NCBI RefSeq assembly: GCF_009834535.1
Contig: NC_045697.1
Coordinates: forward strand, 56,608,001-56,672,000
Origin: Camelus ferus
Taxonomy: Eukaryota
Length of the DNA: 64,000 nt
Direction: 5' to 3'
Part shown: one piece after another, positions 24,055 to 37,322 of the stretch
How positions within the stretch are numbered: the first letter of the stretch is position 1
Layout: each line of letters starts with the position of its first letter
Position numbers and translations under genes: made by a program
Notes under the pieces: model-generated
What the model was told of the DNA's origin: nothing
Database searches by the model: none
What the model saw: only the letters and a program-made list of their open reading frames with translations

Positions 24055-26065
24055 CCTAGCATCCAAATTGGAAAGGAAGGAGTAAAATTATATCTCTTCA
24101 CAGATGACATGATCTTATACATAAAAAACACTGAAGATTGCACTGTTAGAACTAATAAACAAATTCAGCAAAGCTGCAGAAAACAAATGCAAAATGTAAA
24201 AATCAGTTGTATTTTTCTATACTAACAACAAACATCTTGAAGAGGAAATTAAGAAAAGCAATCCAATTTACAATAGCATCAAAAGAATAAAATACGTAGG
24301 AACAAACAACCAAGGAGGCAAAGAACTTGCACATGGAAAACTACAAAATGTTGTTAAAAGAAATGAAAGAAAACATAAATAAATGGAGAGATCTTTAGTA
24401 TTTACGGATTGGAAGACTTAATATTATTATCAAGATGTCAGTACCAACCAAAGCCATCTACAGATTCAATGCAATCCTTATCAAAATATCAACATCTCTG
24501 CAGAAAGAGAAAAACTCACCCTAAAATTCACATGAAATCTCAAAGAACCCCCTAAAGCCAAAACAATCTTTAAAAAGAACAAAGCTGGACCTCTCACACT
24601 CGCTGATTTCAAACTTACTGGACAGCTATAGTAATCAAAACAATGTGGTATTGGCATAAAGACAGACATACAGACCTATGGAAAGGAATAGAGAGCCCAG
24701 AAATAAGCTTTTGCATAAATGGCCAAATGATTTTTAACAAGGGTGTCAAGACCATTTGATGGGAAAAAGACAAGTTTTTCAATAAACGGTGTTTGGGAAA
24801 ACTAGATATCCACAGGTAAAAGAAAGATGTTGGAATTTTATGTTACACCATACACAAAAATTAACTCAAAATGGATCAGAGTCCTACATGTAGGAGTTAA
24901 AACTATAAAACTCTTAGAATAAAACATAGGGGAAACTTTATGGTATTGGATTTGGCAATGATTTCTTGGCTATGACACCAAAAAGCAGAGGCTAAAAAAG
25001 AAAAAAAATAGATAAACTGACTTCACCAAAATTAAAATTTTTTCTGTGCACCAAAAGATGCTATGAACAAAGTGAAATAGTAACCCAATGAACAGAAGAA
25101 TATATTTTCAAATCATGTAAATGATAGGAATTAATAGCCAGAATATATAAAGAATTTTTACAACTCAATAATAAGAACAACAAAACTAAACAGTCTAATT
25201 TAAAAATGAACAAAGGACTTAAAAGAGACATTTCTCCAAAAAAGATATACAGAGGGCCAAAATGGACATGAAAGGATACTCAGTGTGACTAATCATCAGG
25301 GAAATGAGGGAAAGGAAAATCAAAACCATAATGGGATACTAATTAACATATATGGACACCCCTATTGCTAAAAAATAAAGAAAGTAAGTGTTGGTAGGAA
25401 AGTGGAAAAAATGGAACCCTTGTCCTTGTGTACTACTGGTGGGGACATAAAATGGTGCAGCCATTATGGAAAACGGTATGGCAATTTCTCAAAAAAGTTA
25501 ATGTAGAACTACCAGCTATTTCACTTCTGGGTACATACTCAAAAGAATCCAAAGTAGTGACTCAAACAGATTTTTGTGCACCCGTGGTCATAGCAGCATT
25601 ATTCTCAATAGCCAAAAGGTGAAACCTACCTAACTGTTCATTGACAGATGAAGGGATAAGTAACACATGCTATATACATGGAATGGAATATTTTTCAGCC
25701 TTACAAAAGGAAAAAAATCTGTCACATGCTACAGTACAGATGAAATTTGAAGATATTTTCCTAAGTGAAATAAGCTAGTTACAAATGGACAAATATTATA
25801 TGATTCCATTTATATGAGGTACCTGGAGTAGTCAAATTCATAGAGAAAGTGGAATGGTGGTTATCAGGGACTGGGGAAAGAGAATTTAGAGTCAGTGTTT
25901 AATAGGTATGAAGGTTCAGATTGGGAAGACGGAAAAAGTTTCTGGAGATGAATGGTGGTGATGGTTGCAGAGCAATGTGAATGTAGTTGATGCTACTAAA
26001 TATTTTAAAATGTCAAAATGGCAAAATGTATGTTATGCACATTTTACCACAATAAAAAAAAAATA
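24055..26065 (+). mobile_element. 5'-truncated L1MB-type element (RT C-terminal half to poly-A)
   Basis: ORF 23983-24225 has IQIGKEGVKLYLFTDDMILYI; ORF 25428-25622 has [15 protein letters not shown]1MB-like 3' UTR ends attttaccacaataaaaaaaaa. Confidence 0.9.
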
Positions 26066-27110
26066 AATGGGAAGAATAGATACAAGTCTCCAGTCGAGAA
26101 GATTTCTAAATAATTTATATAGAAACCTGCCATCATTAGTGTCAACTATGCAAGTGTGAGCTGCACATTGTGACTTTCTTCCAAAGGGTATAGTATGTAA
26201 GAGAGGGAAAAAGAATAACTTTACAATGGAGAAACCTGACAAATACTACCTCAGCCAGGTGCTCAATATGGTCAATATTAACAGCAATGTCATATTAATA
26301 GTATATACTCTGGATATGATGTAATAAGAATGGCAAATTTCCTTTGTGGTCTTCCTTCCAAAAATCCAGAATAAGGCAAATCATGAGAAAACCAACAGAC
26401 AAATCCCAATTGAAGTATGTTCTACAAAACCCTTGACCAGTATTCCTTAAATCTGTGAATGTCATCAAAAACAAGTCTGGGGAGGGGGGTGGGAAGGAAT
26501 AGAATGGGAGTTCAAAATTTGTAGATACTGACAGGCATATGTAGAATAGATAAAAACAAGATTATACTATATAGCACAGGGAAATATATACAAGATCTTG
26601 TGGTAGCTAACAGAGAAAAAAATGTGACAATGAATATATGTATGTTCATGTATAACTGAAAAATTGTGCTTTATTTACACTGGAATTTGACACAACATTG
26701 TAAAATGACTATAACTCAATAAAAAAAAGTTTAAAAAAAATCAAAGAACTTAGAGATCCAGCAAAAAACAAAAAAACAAAAACAAGTCTGAGTAACTACC
26801 ACAGTCAATAGGAGCCTTAGCTTTGTGACATGGCAACTAAATGCACAGTGTTACCCTCAGTGGGATAATTAAACAGACAAAAGAGAGTAGTAAAAATTAA
26901 AGAAGTCTGAATAAAGTATACACTTTAATTAATTATAATAATGTATCAGTATTGGTTCATTAATTGTAACAAATATACCATACTAATATAAGGTATTAAC
27001 AAGGGAAACTGGGTGTACAGTACATTTGCAATGTCTTTATTTTGTCTTTATTCCTCTTTTGCCGTTTTTCTATAAATCTAAAATTGTTCTAAGATAAATA
27101 TATAAAAAAG
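26066..27110 (+). mobile_element. L1MC/MD-type 3' UTR, interrupted by a younger L1 fragment
   Basis: tggagaaacctgacaaatactacctcagccaggtg...tctgaataaagtata...ggttcattaattgtaacaaat; homologous to 44620-45340. Confidence 0.7.
26480..26776 (+). mobile_element. Young 5'-truncated L1 3' end, related to copies A/B, with 13-14 bp TSD
   Basis: Aligns by eye with 16085-16319; flanked by caaaaacaagtctg at 26466-26479 and 26777-26790. Confidence 0.93.
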
Positions 27111-28532
27111 ATAGTGAGAAAATGAGTAAACAAACCAAAGAATATGAAAGAAATCCACAAAGTACTTATCTAACAGGAATTTCATTTAGCACATACAAAA
27201 TTCTTAAAATTCAACAATAAAATGAAAGAAAATTTACTGGGGGAAAGTTATTTTCTTAGGTTACTTTCAGGGGAACTGCCTCAATTGATTTTTTTTCTGG
27301 ATGAATATTTTGGTGGGGAAATCAAAGTAAATTGTCACTCTCTGTTCTCTAACAAACATACTAACATATTAAGCAGAGATCATATTTAACCCAGGATACC
27401 TGAGAGTTGTATCATCTTGGAATATACAATGAAAATTTTCTTTATGAAATGATGTTGCTTTCCCTTATAGATTATATTTGAATGGATGAAATAGAGGGAG
27501 AAATAAAGGGTGAAGCCATAATTCATGAGCTAAGAACTTAAATTTCATAGTCTGCCTGACTTGGGCAAGTCAACTGCATCCTCTGTAAATTGCCAGTATT
27601 AAGGCATTTGTCAGTGTTTTTTTAATCAGTTACACTTTAAATCAAATAAAAGTGCATGTTTCTTAACTACTCAAACTATATGGTTTACAAAAATTTGTTT
27701 TATTTTCTTTCTAACTCCAATTTGGTAAGACATTTATGTTTCACTAAAAAGTATTCTTTTTTGTTCTGTTTATATTTTGTATGATGAGTGCGAACAGATA
27801 GTAAAGGTCTGGGTTGAAACAGGGCACAAATATGGTCCAGAATTTCCCCTAAATGAACATATTAGGATTTTTAAAAAGGGCAAGATTTGAAGGTTGTAGA
27901 AATAATTCTGTTTTAGATAATAAATTGTTATATTTTAAGTTCTCAGTAGGAGCCTCTTCATTTAAATGTTAAATTGAATGAACCAGATACTGTATTTGTT
28001 GCTTACTTAAAAATTAGTCTTCAATTAATGAGAGATGTTGGCAAGGGTTAAGGATCAAGGACTCTGCATTTTTCATTCATGTATTTATTATGTATTTCCT
28101 GCCACAGTACATTATCCCGAATCTATGTCTTATAAATAAGAATTGGGAATCTTGTAACACACTGAATACCAATGTGTCTTAGCTGTGTGGAAATGCATTG
28201 CATGCACATGCATTAAAATCATAGCACATTAGACTTGGGACCTTATAGGTCACTTAGTCCAATTTTAGCATTTTTCATACGGTTTGGGGTTGGCATGAGA
28301 GTTGTTGTGCAGAACAGAGAGAAAGACTAGGTTAAATATCTTCTCAAAATTCATAGGCATACTTGATTTCAGAACTAGAACTAGAATCCAGGCGTCTTAA
28401 TTTTCAATATAGCACACCCTCTACTTCATTAAGCTGACGATTTGAAAACTGTGACAATTAATGTTATATCAACTTTATATGAAAATGAACCCTGGTAAAA
28501 TTAAATAAAATATAAATAAACTGTGTATAGTT

Positions 28533-28557
28533 ATATATATATATATATATATATATA
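28533..28557. repeat. (TA)n microsatellite
   Basis: Directly visible. Confidence 0.9.
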
Positions 28558-29559
28558 CATAACTATTATTTGCATATACTATAAATTACATTAAATATAA
28601 TTTACCATTTTACATGTTAGTGCAACTGAAAGGAAACCCTAGTCTAATGTAATGAGAGCCAAACTCTCAAGATTCTGCATTTCAGGAGATTCAGCTTCTT
28701 GTCCTTTCCATTATTCTTATATCGTTAATGTAATTTTTCCTAAAAATAATTAATTTGAATACTATATGATTCAATTTTGTATATTGGATGTGTATAGCCT
28801 TAATCTTCCTAAAGGTGAAATATACATATATTCTGACACTTTCTTACGTAAAATTAATCCTAATGAATTCTAAATATTTGGCAAAATTAAAAAGGATAGA
28901 ACATAGTCAGCACAATAATTTATTTGGGGTTGCTAAAATATCACCCCATGGTGTTTATGTCCCTCTACTTCTAAGTCTTCTCTTATTAATGGCTATAAAT
29001 AATCTAGACATTAACTTTAAATAAAATAAATAAAAGCTAAATTTAAATAAAGCTGAGTATTAGAATAAGCTTGACATGGCTGAAAGAAAAATAAATGGGA
29101 GTTAGAAGGCCACATCCACTATCTAGCACTGCTGCTAACCTGGGTTACTCAACAATTCATTGGTCCTCATTTTCTTTAATCTTGTGGAACAACAGGGACA
29201 AATAACATATCTTTGTTACTGTTGTATCTGTTTTATAAATTCCATGTTTATGGTTATTTTTCACTGTAAAAAATGTCATCTTGTAGTTTACTTCACTGAT
29301 CTTAGATCACATAAACTGAAATTTTAAAATAATGGCAATAGTAAGTAAAATTAGACATGGAGTTAATTGAAAAACTGGTATGAAATAACTTAGAGAACTA
29401 GATATTGCTTAATGAATGTGGACTACGAATCAACTATTTTGGACACTACAATTTAATTAAAGACTACTGAAAGAAGCATTCACTAATTGTTCTTGAACTC
29501 TTCAAGGTGAATAATAGCTTTTCTTTGTTTATTTTTAGAACCAGTTCTTCAAAACTCTA

Positions 29560-29820
29560 GCAGAAATGGTGCTTAAGGACACAAGTTTACAACTAGTAGA
29601 TACAAAACTCCTGGAGATCTAATACATAGTATAGTGGAAGTATAGTGAATATAGACAACAATATTGCATCATAATCATCAAACTTGTTAAGAGACTAGAT
29701 CCCACTATAAAAAAAGACATGAAAATTATATTAAGTGATAGAGGTACTAATTATCCCTCACTGACAAGCATATTAAAATATATGTGTATCCTTAAATTAA
29801 CACAATTATATTTCAAAAAA
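29560..29820 (+). mobile_element. L1MA-type 3' end fragment
   Basis: tacaactagtagat...tcctggagatctaatacatagtatagtg...aacttgttaagagactagat...aattatatttcaaaaaa. Confidence 0.6.
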
Positions 29821-32800
29821 TATGTATTAATGATGAAAAAACCTTTAACGGGGTTCTGAAAGAAAATTTGACTTTTGGTAAGAAATACATTTTATCAGAT
29901 GCCCTATATTAGTGTCAAATAATAAATAGCTGAGCAAAGTTTAAAAAGAGTCTGGTTGATTTGTGATCATTGATCAGGGAACCAGTTGGGTTAGAGGAGT
30001 ATTTTCTTTAACCATAACCCATGTACTTGTTTTTACATTCTGTTAAAATGTAGAGGGTAAATAATACAGGCTTCTATTTCCGCATTGTGGCTGAGTCAGT
30101 GACCTGAATCACCTTTGAAATACATAGCTGAGCTCATAGAAAAATAAGTACAATTCCTATTGGCCAAAGGATAGAAAGCTGAGAATCAGAGCAACGAGAA
30201 CATGAGCTGATATCACAGTCATTCGGGGTGGTTCTGGTGGCTTCCAGTCTCAGTAATCACTATTATTTAGTTTTATTGCCCAGACATGGAAATGAAGAAT
30301 GAGACATAAGGCCACATGAAGTGAGGGGGTTAGAGATGGGTCCTCCACATAATGCCAGGGACTATGATAGGCTTTGGCTTTAGTGCAAAGATAGCATACA
30401 CATAAAAACAAATCCTACAAATAGAAAACTTATGTCTACTTTTTCTCCCCAAATGCTATAATTTACAGTTCTACTTCATTTTACAGTATTGTCATTCTTA
30501 TTGAAAGCACTTACTGAAAATATATTCATTTTCAGATTTCTGCCAAAATATACTGGATCACTCAGTTCCAAACAGTCTTTGATAACAAAGAGAATTCTGA
30601 GCATACACAAAGCAGAGTTTGTTTGAGAAAGGTAACTAAATATAAGATTGTAAGCCATTTTTGTATATTTATGGCATTTTTCATATAATAATTACACACA
30701 GAGAATAGCAATTTAGAATGTTTTTATAGTCAATGGTGGGAGGGCTCTCTTTTTACATATGACGAGAATAAATCATACTTTTAATTGAAAGAATGGCTAT
30801 TGTACATAATGCATCTGGAGCTTTTCACTTAGAAGTCAGATGTTTCATTCATGAGTACCTGCAGTCAGTGAATGTTAAAAGAAGGCAATGATTCTAGATT
30901 AGTAAGGCTGTACTAGCATCCTATTTTGTAGGGCATCTGTAATAGCTCTATAATTACAAGGGAATTATATGTTCCTACAAATTACTTGATAATTATACTT
31001 GATATTACCAAGTAATTCAAAGATTAGTTACTATGTAACTTACAATTTTGAGATCTCATTGCAACATATTTCTTTTCTTATTTTAAGGGTTTGCTGATAC
31101 CCTAGATAGCGGACACTCAGAGTATATTTCTAATTATTTTTAGGTTACTTTGCTACATAAATTTGTGAGAAAAAGCAAATATTTCTCAGAAAGAACAAAT
31201 AAATTTGAAGGGCTATGCAGTCATTTATCTTCATACTTAATTTGCATTCATGATATATTTCAGCATTACATTAATTTAGATGGTTCTAAGGGAGCAACCA
31301 GAGTTTCTAATAAAATGACTTTTAAACCAAAATGATTAATTAGGTAAAATAATATATAGTAAGTTGGTATAATCAAATATTACATTGTGTCCAAGAACTT
31401 ATAACTATATGTAGATTGACAGCAAATCTTAAGGATCAGATGGTAGGTTAATTAGGTTACATTAGAGACTCAATAACACTTATTGGCATAGAGAAATTAT
31501 AAGATTTTAAAAACAATGTAGCTAATATAAGTGTAACTATAGAGCAACTAAAATGTGTTTGAATATTTGTGAGTTTTAACAACCACCAAGGAAGAAAAAG
31601 GACTATAGAATGCTTGTTTGATATCCTATGCCAGTTAACTGTCAATTAGTATTTTACATTGGGATGATGAGACGCATAGACATTTGCTTGCAGGAAGACA
31701 GTGCAATGAGAAAGAATAGGGTTCTGACATAATACCCTCTTTCACAGGTGGAATAAGTAATTGTAATAAGATAGAATAAGAATCACTTAGTTTAGAGAAT
31801 AACTAGAGGAATTCAACCAGATAGGTATAGATCTAATGAAAACTGTGGTATTAAGCCTTTCAAATAAAAAATCAGGGTCTCTTGCTAAAAATTTAGATTT
31901 TCAAGACAGTACCAGTTGAACATTAGATCAAACATGAGGTCTTTCTGAGCAGAAGTTGCATGCCCGTGTAGTTGACCTTGGTACAAAGGTCCAGAATATT
32001 TGGTTTTTTAGCCAATATCAGGCAGGGCAAAACAAAAGGGAATCCAGAATGGATGATGATTAGAAGTCCAAGCTAGCAAGTGAAATTAAGAAATATTTTA
32101 TAACTTTGAAAATAAAGAAGATAAAAAACTGAAATGATCAAATACGTAGAAAGAAAAAAATAATTTCACCCTAAAATTATTGGGATACTTTTAAGATTTT
32201 AATTTGGAATGAAATTTGAACATATATGCTTTATTATTATTAAAAAGAAAAAAACACTGAAAACAAATGATGTTGATATTAATCTCAGGACATCAACGAG
32301 TACACTATACACTGAAATATTATGATGTATTATAGCTTAATCGAACTATTTTAACTAACAAAGCATTATAAGAATCAATAAGTATTGATTCGTATAGAAC
32401 CAAGCTTAAACAAATGAAGAAAAGGTTAGAAAATTCAGGGACTTTGTGTTGGTTCTAACTTTACAGAGAAGTAGTGATGCAGATGGGAAAATGACATTGG
32501 AAAGTATTATTTTGGATTACAAAGTGAGTATAGAAAAAGTAAGTAAATGTTGGCTCAGAACAGGGATGAGGATAGAGACCAATTGTCTGTGTTCTGCACA
32601 GGAATTATATATTCGGTCAGACTAACATGAAGAAAAGGGAGGGAGGCAAGAAACAGGGAAAAGACAAGGTTGCCATACAGAAGATGCTTGAGGAACCAGA
32701 ATTATTCTGTTAACTGTGTGGGCATCAGCCTTTCCCTTTGAAAAGGAGTAGTTCATTTGTGGAAAGTTAAAGAATGCAGACACAAGGTAATGAGTTAGAT

Positions 32801-33117
32801 ATTGCCATAACCCTATCTGAGTTTTTAAAGTATAATTATCTCAATTCATTCAGCATTTAATATTGAAGAACCCTACTTTGAATAAATATGCTATAGTGGC
32901 TACAAAAATACACTAGACATAGCTCTAGTGCAAATATTTCACTTAAGGAATATGAGAATGAGATTCAATATAAAACACGCTCATGAATAACTCAAATTAA
33001 TAACTAATATGGCAAAATATAAAAATGTATACAATTCTGTATGTGTTTAAAGGATGAAAAGGAAGAAGAAAGAATATATGCATTTAAGTGAGTCAAAGAA
33101 AGTCACTGTGGGAAAAT

Positions 33118-33217
33118 NNNNNNNNNNNNNNNNNNNNNNNNNNNNNNNNNNNNNNNNNNNNNNNNNNNNNNNNNNNNNNNNNNNNNNNNNNNNNNNNNNN
33201 NNNNNNNNNNNNNNNNN
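33118..33217. other. Assembly gap (100 N, probably a placeholder of unknown size) at the poly-A end of L1 copy B
   Basis: Run of exactly 100 n. Confidence 0.99.
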
Positions 33218-33527
33218 ACATTTTTTTATTGATTTAAATCATTTACAATGTTGTGTCAAATTCCAGTGTTCAGCACAATTTTTCAGTTATTCATGGACAT
33301 ATACACACTCATTGTCACATTTTTTTCTCTGAGTTATCATAACATTTTGTGTACATTTCCCTGTGCTATACAGTGTAGTCTATTCTACAATTTTGAAATC
33401 CCAGTCTATCCCTTCCCACCCTCCACCCCCCTGGTAACCACAAGTCTGAATTCTCTGTCTGTGAGTCTATTTCTGTCCTTTATTTACGCTTTGTTTTTGT
33501 TTGTTTGTTTGTTTTTGTTCTTGTTTT

Positions 33528-36500
33528 TTAGATTCCACATATGAGTGATCTCATATGGTATTTTTCTTTCTCTTTCTGGCTTACTTCACTTAGAATGACA
33601 TTCTCCAGGAGCATCCATGTTGCTGCAAATGGCATTATGTTGTCAGTTTTTATGGCTGAGTAGTATTCCATTGTATAAATATACCACCTCTTCTTTATCC
33701 AGTCACCTGTTGATGGACATTTAGGCTGTTTCCATGTTTTGGCTATTGTAAATAGTGCTGCTATGAACATTGGGGTGCAGGTGTCATCCTGAAGTAGGGT
33801 TCCTTCTGGATACAAGCCCAGGAGTGGGATTCCTGGGTCATATGGTAAGTCTATTCCTAGTCTTTTGAGGAATCTCCACACTGTTTTCCATAGTGGCTGC
33901 ACCAAACTGCATTCCCACCAGCAGTGTAGGAGGGTTCCCCTTTCTCCACAGCCTCTCCAGCATTTGTCATTTGTGGATTTTTGAATGACGGCCATTCTGA
34001 GTGGTGTGAGGTGATACCTCATTGTAGTTTTGATTTGCATTTCTCTGATAATTAGTGATATTGAGCATTTTTTCATGTGCCTATTGATCATTTGTATGTC
34101 TTCCTTGGAGAATTGCTTGTTTAGGTCTTCTGCCCATTTTGGATTGGGTTGTTTATTTTTTCTTATTGAGTCGTATGAGCTGCTTATATATTCTGGAGAT
34201 CAAGCCTTTGTCGGTTTCACTTGCAAAAATTTTCTCCCATTCCGTAGGTTGTCTTCTTGTTTTATTTCTGGTTTCCTTTGCTGTGCAGAAGCTTGTAAGT
34301 TTCATTAGGTCCCATTTGTTTATTCTTGCTTTTATTTCTACTAGGAGAAAATTTTTGAAATGTATGTCAGATAATGTTTTGCCTATGTTTTCCTCTAGGA
34401 GGTTTATTGTATCTTGTCTTATGTTTAAGTCTTTAATCCATTTTGAGTTGATTTTTGTATATGGTGTAAGGGAGTGTTCTAGCTTCATTGTTTACATGCT
34501 GCTGTCCAGTTTTCCCAACACCATTTGCTGAAGAGACTGTCTTTATTCCAATGTATATTCTTGCCTCCTTTGTCGAAGATGAGTTGACCAAAAGTTTGTG
34601 GGTTCATTTCTGGGCTCTCTATTCTGTTCCATTGGTCTATATGTCTGTTTTTCTACCAATACCATGCTGTCTTGATGACTGTAGCTCTATAGTATTGTCT
34701 GAAGTCTGGGAGAGTTATTCCTCCAGCCTCTTTCTTTCTCTTCAGTAATGCTTTGGCAATTCTAGGTCTTTGATGGTTCCATATGAATTTTATTATGATT
34801 TGTTCTAGTTCTGTGAAATATATCCTGGGTAATTGGATAGGGATTGCATTAAATCTGTAGATTGCCTTGGGCAGTGTGACCATTTTAACAATATTGATGC
34901 TTCCAATCCAAGAGCATGGAATATCTTTCCATTTTTTAAAGTCTTCTTTAATTTCCTTCATCAATGGTTTATAGTTTTCTGTGTATAATTCTTTCACCTC
35001 CTTGGTTAGATTTATTCCCAGATATTTTATTACTTTGGGTGCTATTTTAAAGGGGATTGTTTCTTTACTTTCTTCTTCTGTTGATTTATCATTAGTGTAA
35101 AAAAATGCAACTGATTTTTGAACGTTAATTTTGTAACGTGCTACCTTGCTGAATTCTTCAATCAGCTCTAGTAGCTTTTGTGTGGACCTTTTAGGGTTTT
35201 CTGTATATAGTAACATGTCATCAGCATATAATGACACTTTTACCTCTTCTTTTCCAATTTGGATCCCTTTTATTTCTCTCTCTTGCCTGATTGCTGGGGC
35301 TAGGACTTCCAGGACTATGTTGAATAGGAGTGGTGATAGTGGGCATCCTTGCCTTGTCCCAGATTTTAGTGGGAAGCTTTTGAGTTTTTCACCGTTGAGT
35401 ACTATGCTGGCTGTAGGTTTGTCATATATAGCTTTTATTATGTTGAGATATGTTCCCTCTATACCCACTTTGGAGGGAGTTTTTATCATAAATGGGTGTT
35501 GAATTTTATCAAACGCTTTTTACTGCATCGATTGAGATGATCATGTGGTTTTTGTCCTTTCTCTTGTTGATGTGATGTATTACATTGATTGATTTGCGTA
35601 TGTTGAACCACCCTTGTGTCCCTGGGATGAACCGCACTTGGTCATGATGCATAATCTTTTTTATGTGTTGTTGGATTCTATTTGCTAATATTTTGGTGAG
35701 GATTTTGGCGTCTATGTTCATCAGTGATATTGGCCTATAATTCTCTTTTTTTGTAGTGTCTTTGCCTGGTTTTGGTATCAGGGTGATGGTGGCTTCATAG
35801 AATGAGTTTGGGAGTATTCCCTCCTTTTCAATCATCTGGAAGAGTTTGAGAAGGACTGGTATGAGTTCTTCTTTGTATGTTTGGTAGAATTCCCCGGTGA
35901 AGCCGTCTGGTCCTGGACTTTTATTTGTAGGGAGGTTTTTAATTGCTGTTTCTATTTCCTTTCTAGTGATCGGATTGTTCAAGTGTTCAGATTCTTCTTG
36001 ATTCAGTTTTGGTGGACAGTATGTTTCCAGAAACTTGTCCGTCTCCTCTAGGTTATCCAGTTTGGTTTCATATAGTTTTTCATAATATTCTCGTATGATA
36101 TTCTGTATTTCTATTTTGTTTGTTGTAATTTCTCCATTTTCCTTTCTTATTTTGCTAATTTGTGCTCTCTCTTTTTTCTTCTTTGTGAGTTTGGCCAGAG
36201 GTTTGTCGATTTTATTTACTTTTTCAAAAAACCAGCTTTTGGTTTGGTTGATTTTTTCTATGGTCTTGTTAATCTCTATTGTATTTAATTCCTCTCCGAT
36301 CTTTATTATTTCCTTCCTTCTGCTGCTTTTTGGGGCTTTTTGTTCTTCTTCTTCTAATTCATTCAGGTGGTGGGTTAAATTGTTTATTTGAGATTGTTCT
36401 TCTTTTTTGAGGAAGGCCTGTATCGCTATAAACTTCCCTCTTAGCACTGCCTTTGCTGTGTCCCATAGGTTTTGAGTGGTTGTGCTTTCATTATCATTTG

Positions 36501-37322
36501 TCTCAAGGTATTTTTTAATTTCAGCTTTGATTTCCTCATTGACCCATTGTTTTTTCAATAACATATTGTTTAATCTCCATGCTTTCCTTTTTTTCTCCTT
36601 TGTTTCTCTGTTGTTGATTTCCAGTTTCATGGCATTGTGGTCAGTAAAGATGCTTGAGATAATTTCTATCTTCTTAAAATTGTTGAGGTTTCTTTTGTGC
36701 CCAAGTACATGATCGATCCTGGAAAATGTTCCATGTGCACTTGAAAAGAATGTATATCCTATTTTTTGTGGGTGTAATGCTCTGAAAATATCCACCAAAT
36801 CTAGTTTTTCTATTGTAGTATTTAATTTCTCTGTTGCCTTGTTTATTTTCTGTCTGGAAGATCTGTCTAGTGATGTTAATGCAGTGTTAAAATCTCCAAC
36901 TATGATTGTATTCCCATCAATATCCCTCTTCATCTCTGTTAGTAATTCTTGTATGTACTTAGGTGCTCCTATATTGGGTGCATATATATTAACGAGTGTA
37001 ATATCCTCATTTGTATCACTCCTTTAATCATTATAAAATGTCCTTCTTTATCTTTCTTTATGGCCTTTGTTTTAAAGTCTGTTTAGTCTGAAATCAGTAC
37101 TGCAACACCTGCTTTTTTGGCTTTTCCATTTGCATGGAATATCCTTTTCCATCCTTTCACTCTCAAACTATATGTGTCCTTCTCCCTAAAGTGGGTCTCT
37201 TGTATGCAGCATGTTGAAGGTTCTTGCTTTATTATCCAGTCTGCCACTCTGTGTCTTTTGACTGGAGCATTTAGTCCATTAACATTTACAGTAATTAATG
37301 ATAGATGTGTGTTTATTGCCAT
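33528..37322 (-). pseudogene. L1 ORF2 pseudogene, copy B
   Basis: ORF pieces 37083-37322, 35509-36933, 34653-35489 (YADD), 34153-34488 and 33528-34091 (CCHC). Lesions: TAA 37083, frameshift ~37009, +1 ~35521, TAG 34653, -1 ~34494, two -1 homopolymer changes ~34137-34161. Confidence 0.97.

Noticed and set aside
32372..32391. Small hairpin gaatcaata-ag-tattgattc and short tandem duplications at ~59105-59130 and ~59965-59990
   Set aside because: Expected by chance or by slippage in AT-rich DNA.
33054..33332. ORF spanning the N run
   Set aside because: Artefact of translating through the assembly gap.
34137..34497. Three single-base homopolymer contractions in copy B ORF2 as biological lesions
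   Set aside because: Private to B, in A/T runs and near a contig end, so they may be sequencing errors; not used as evidence.
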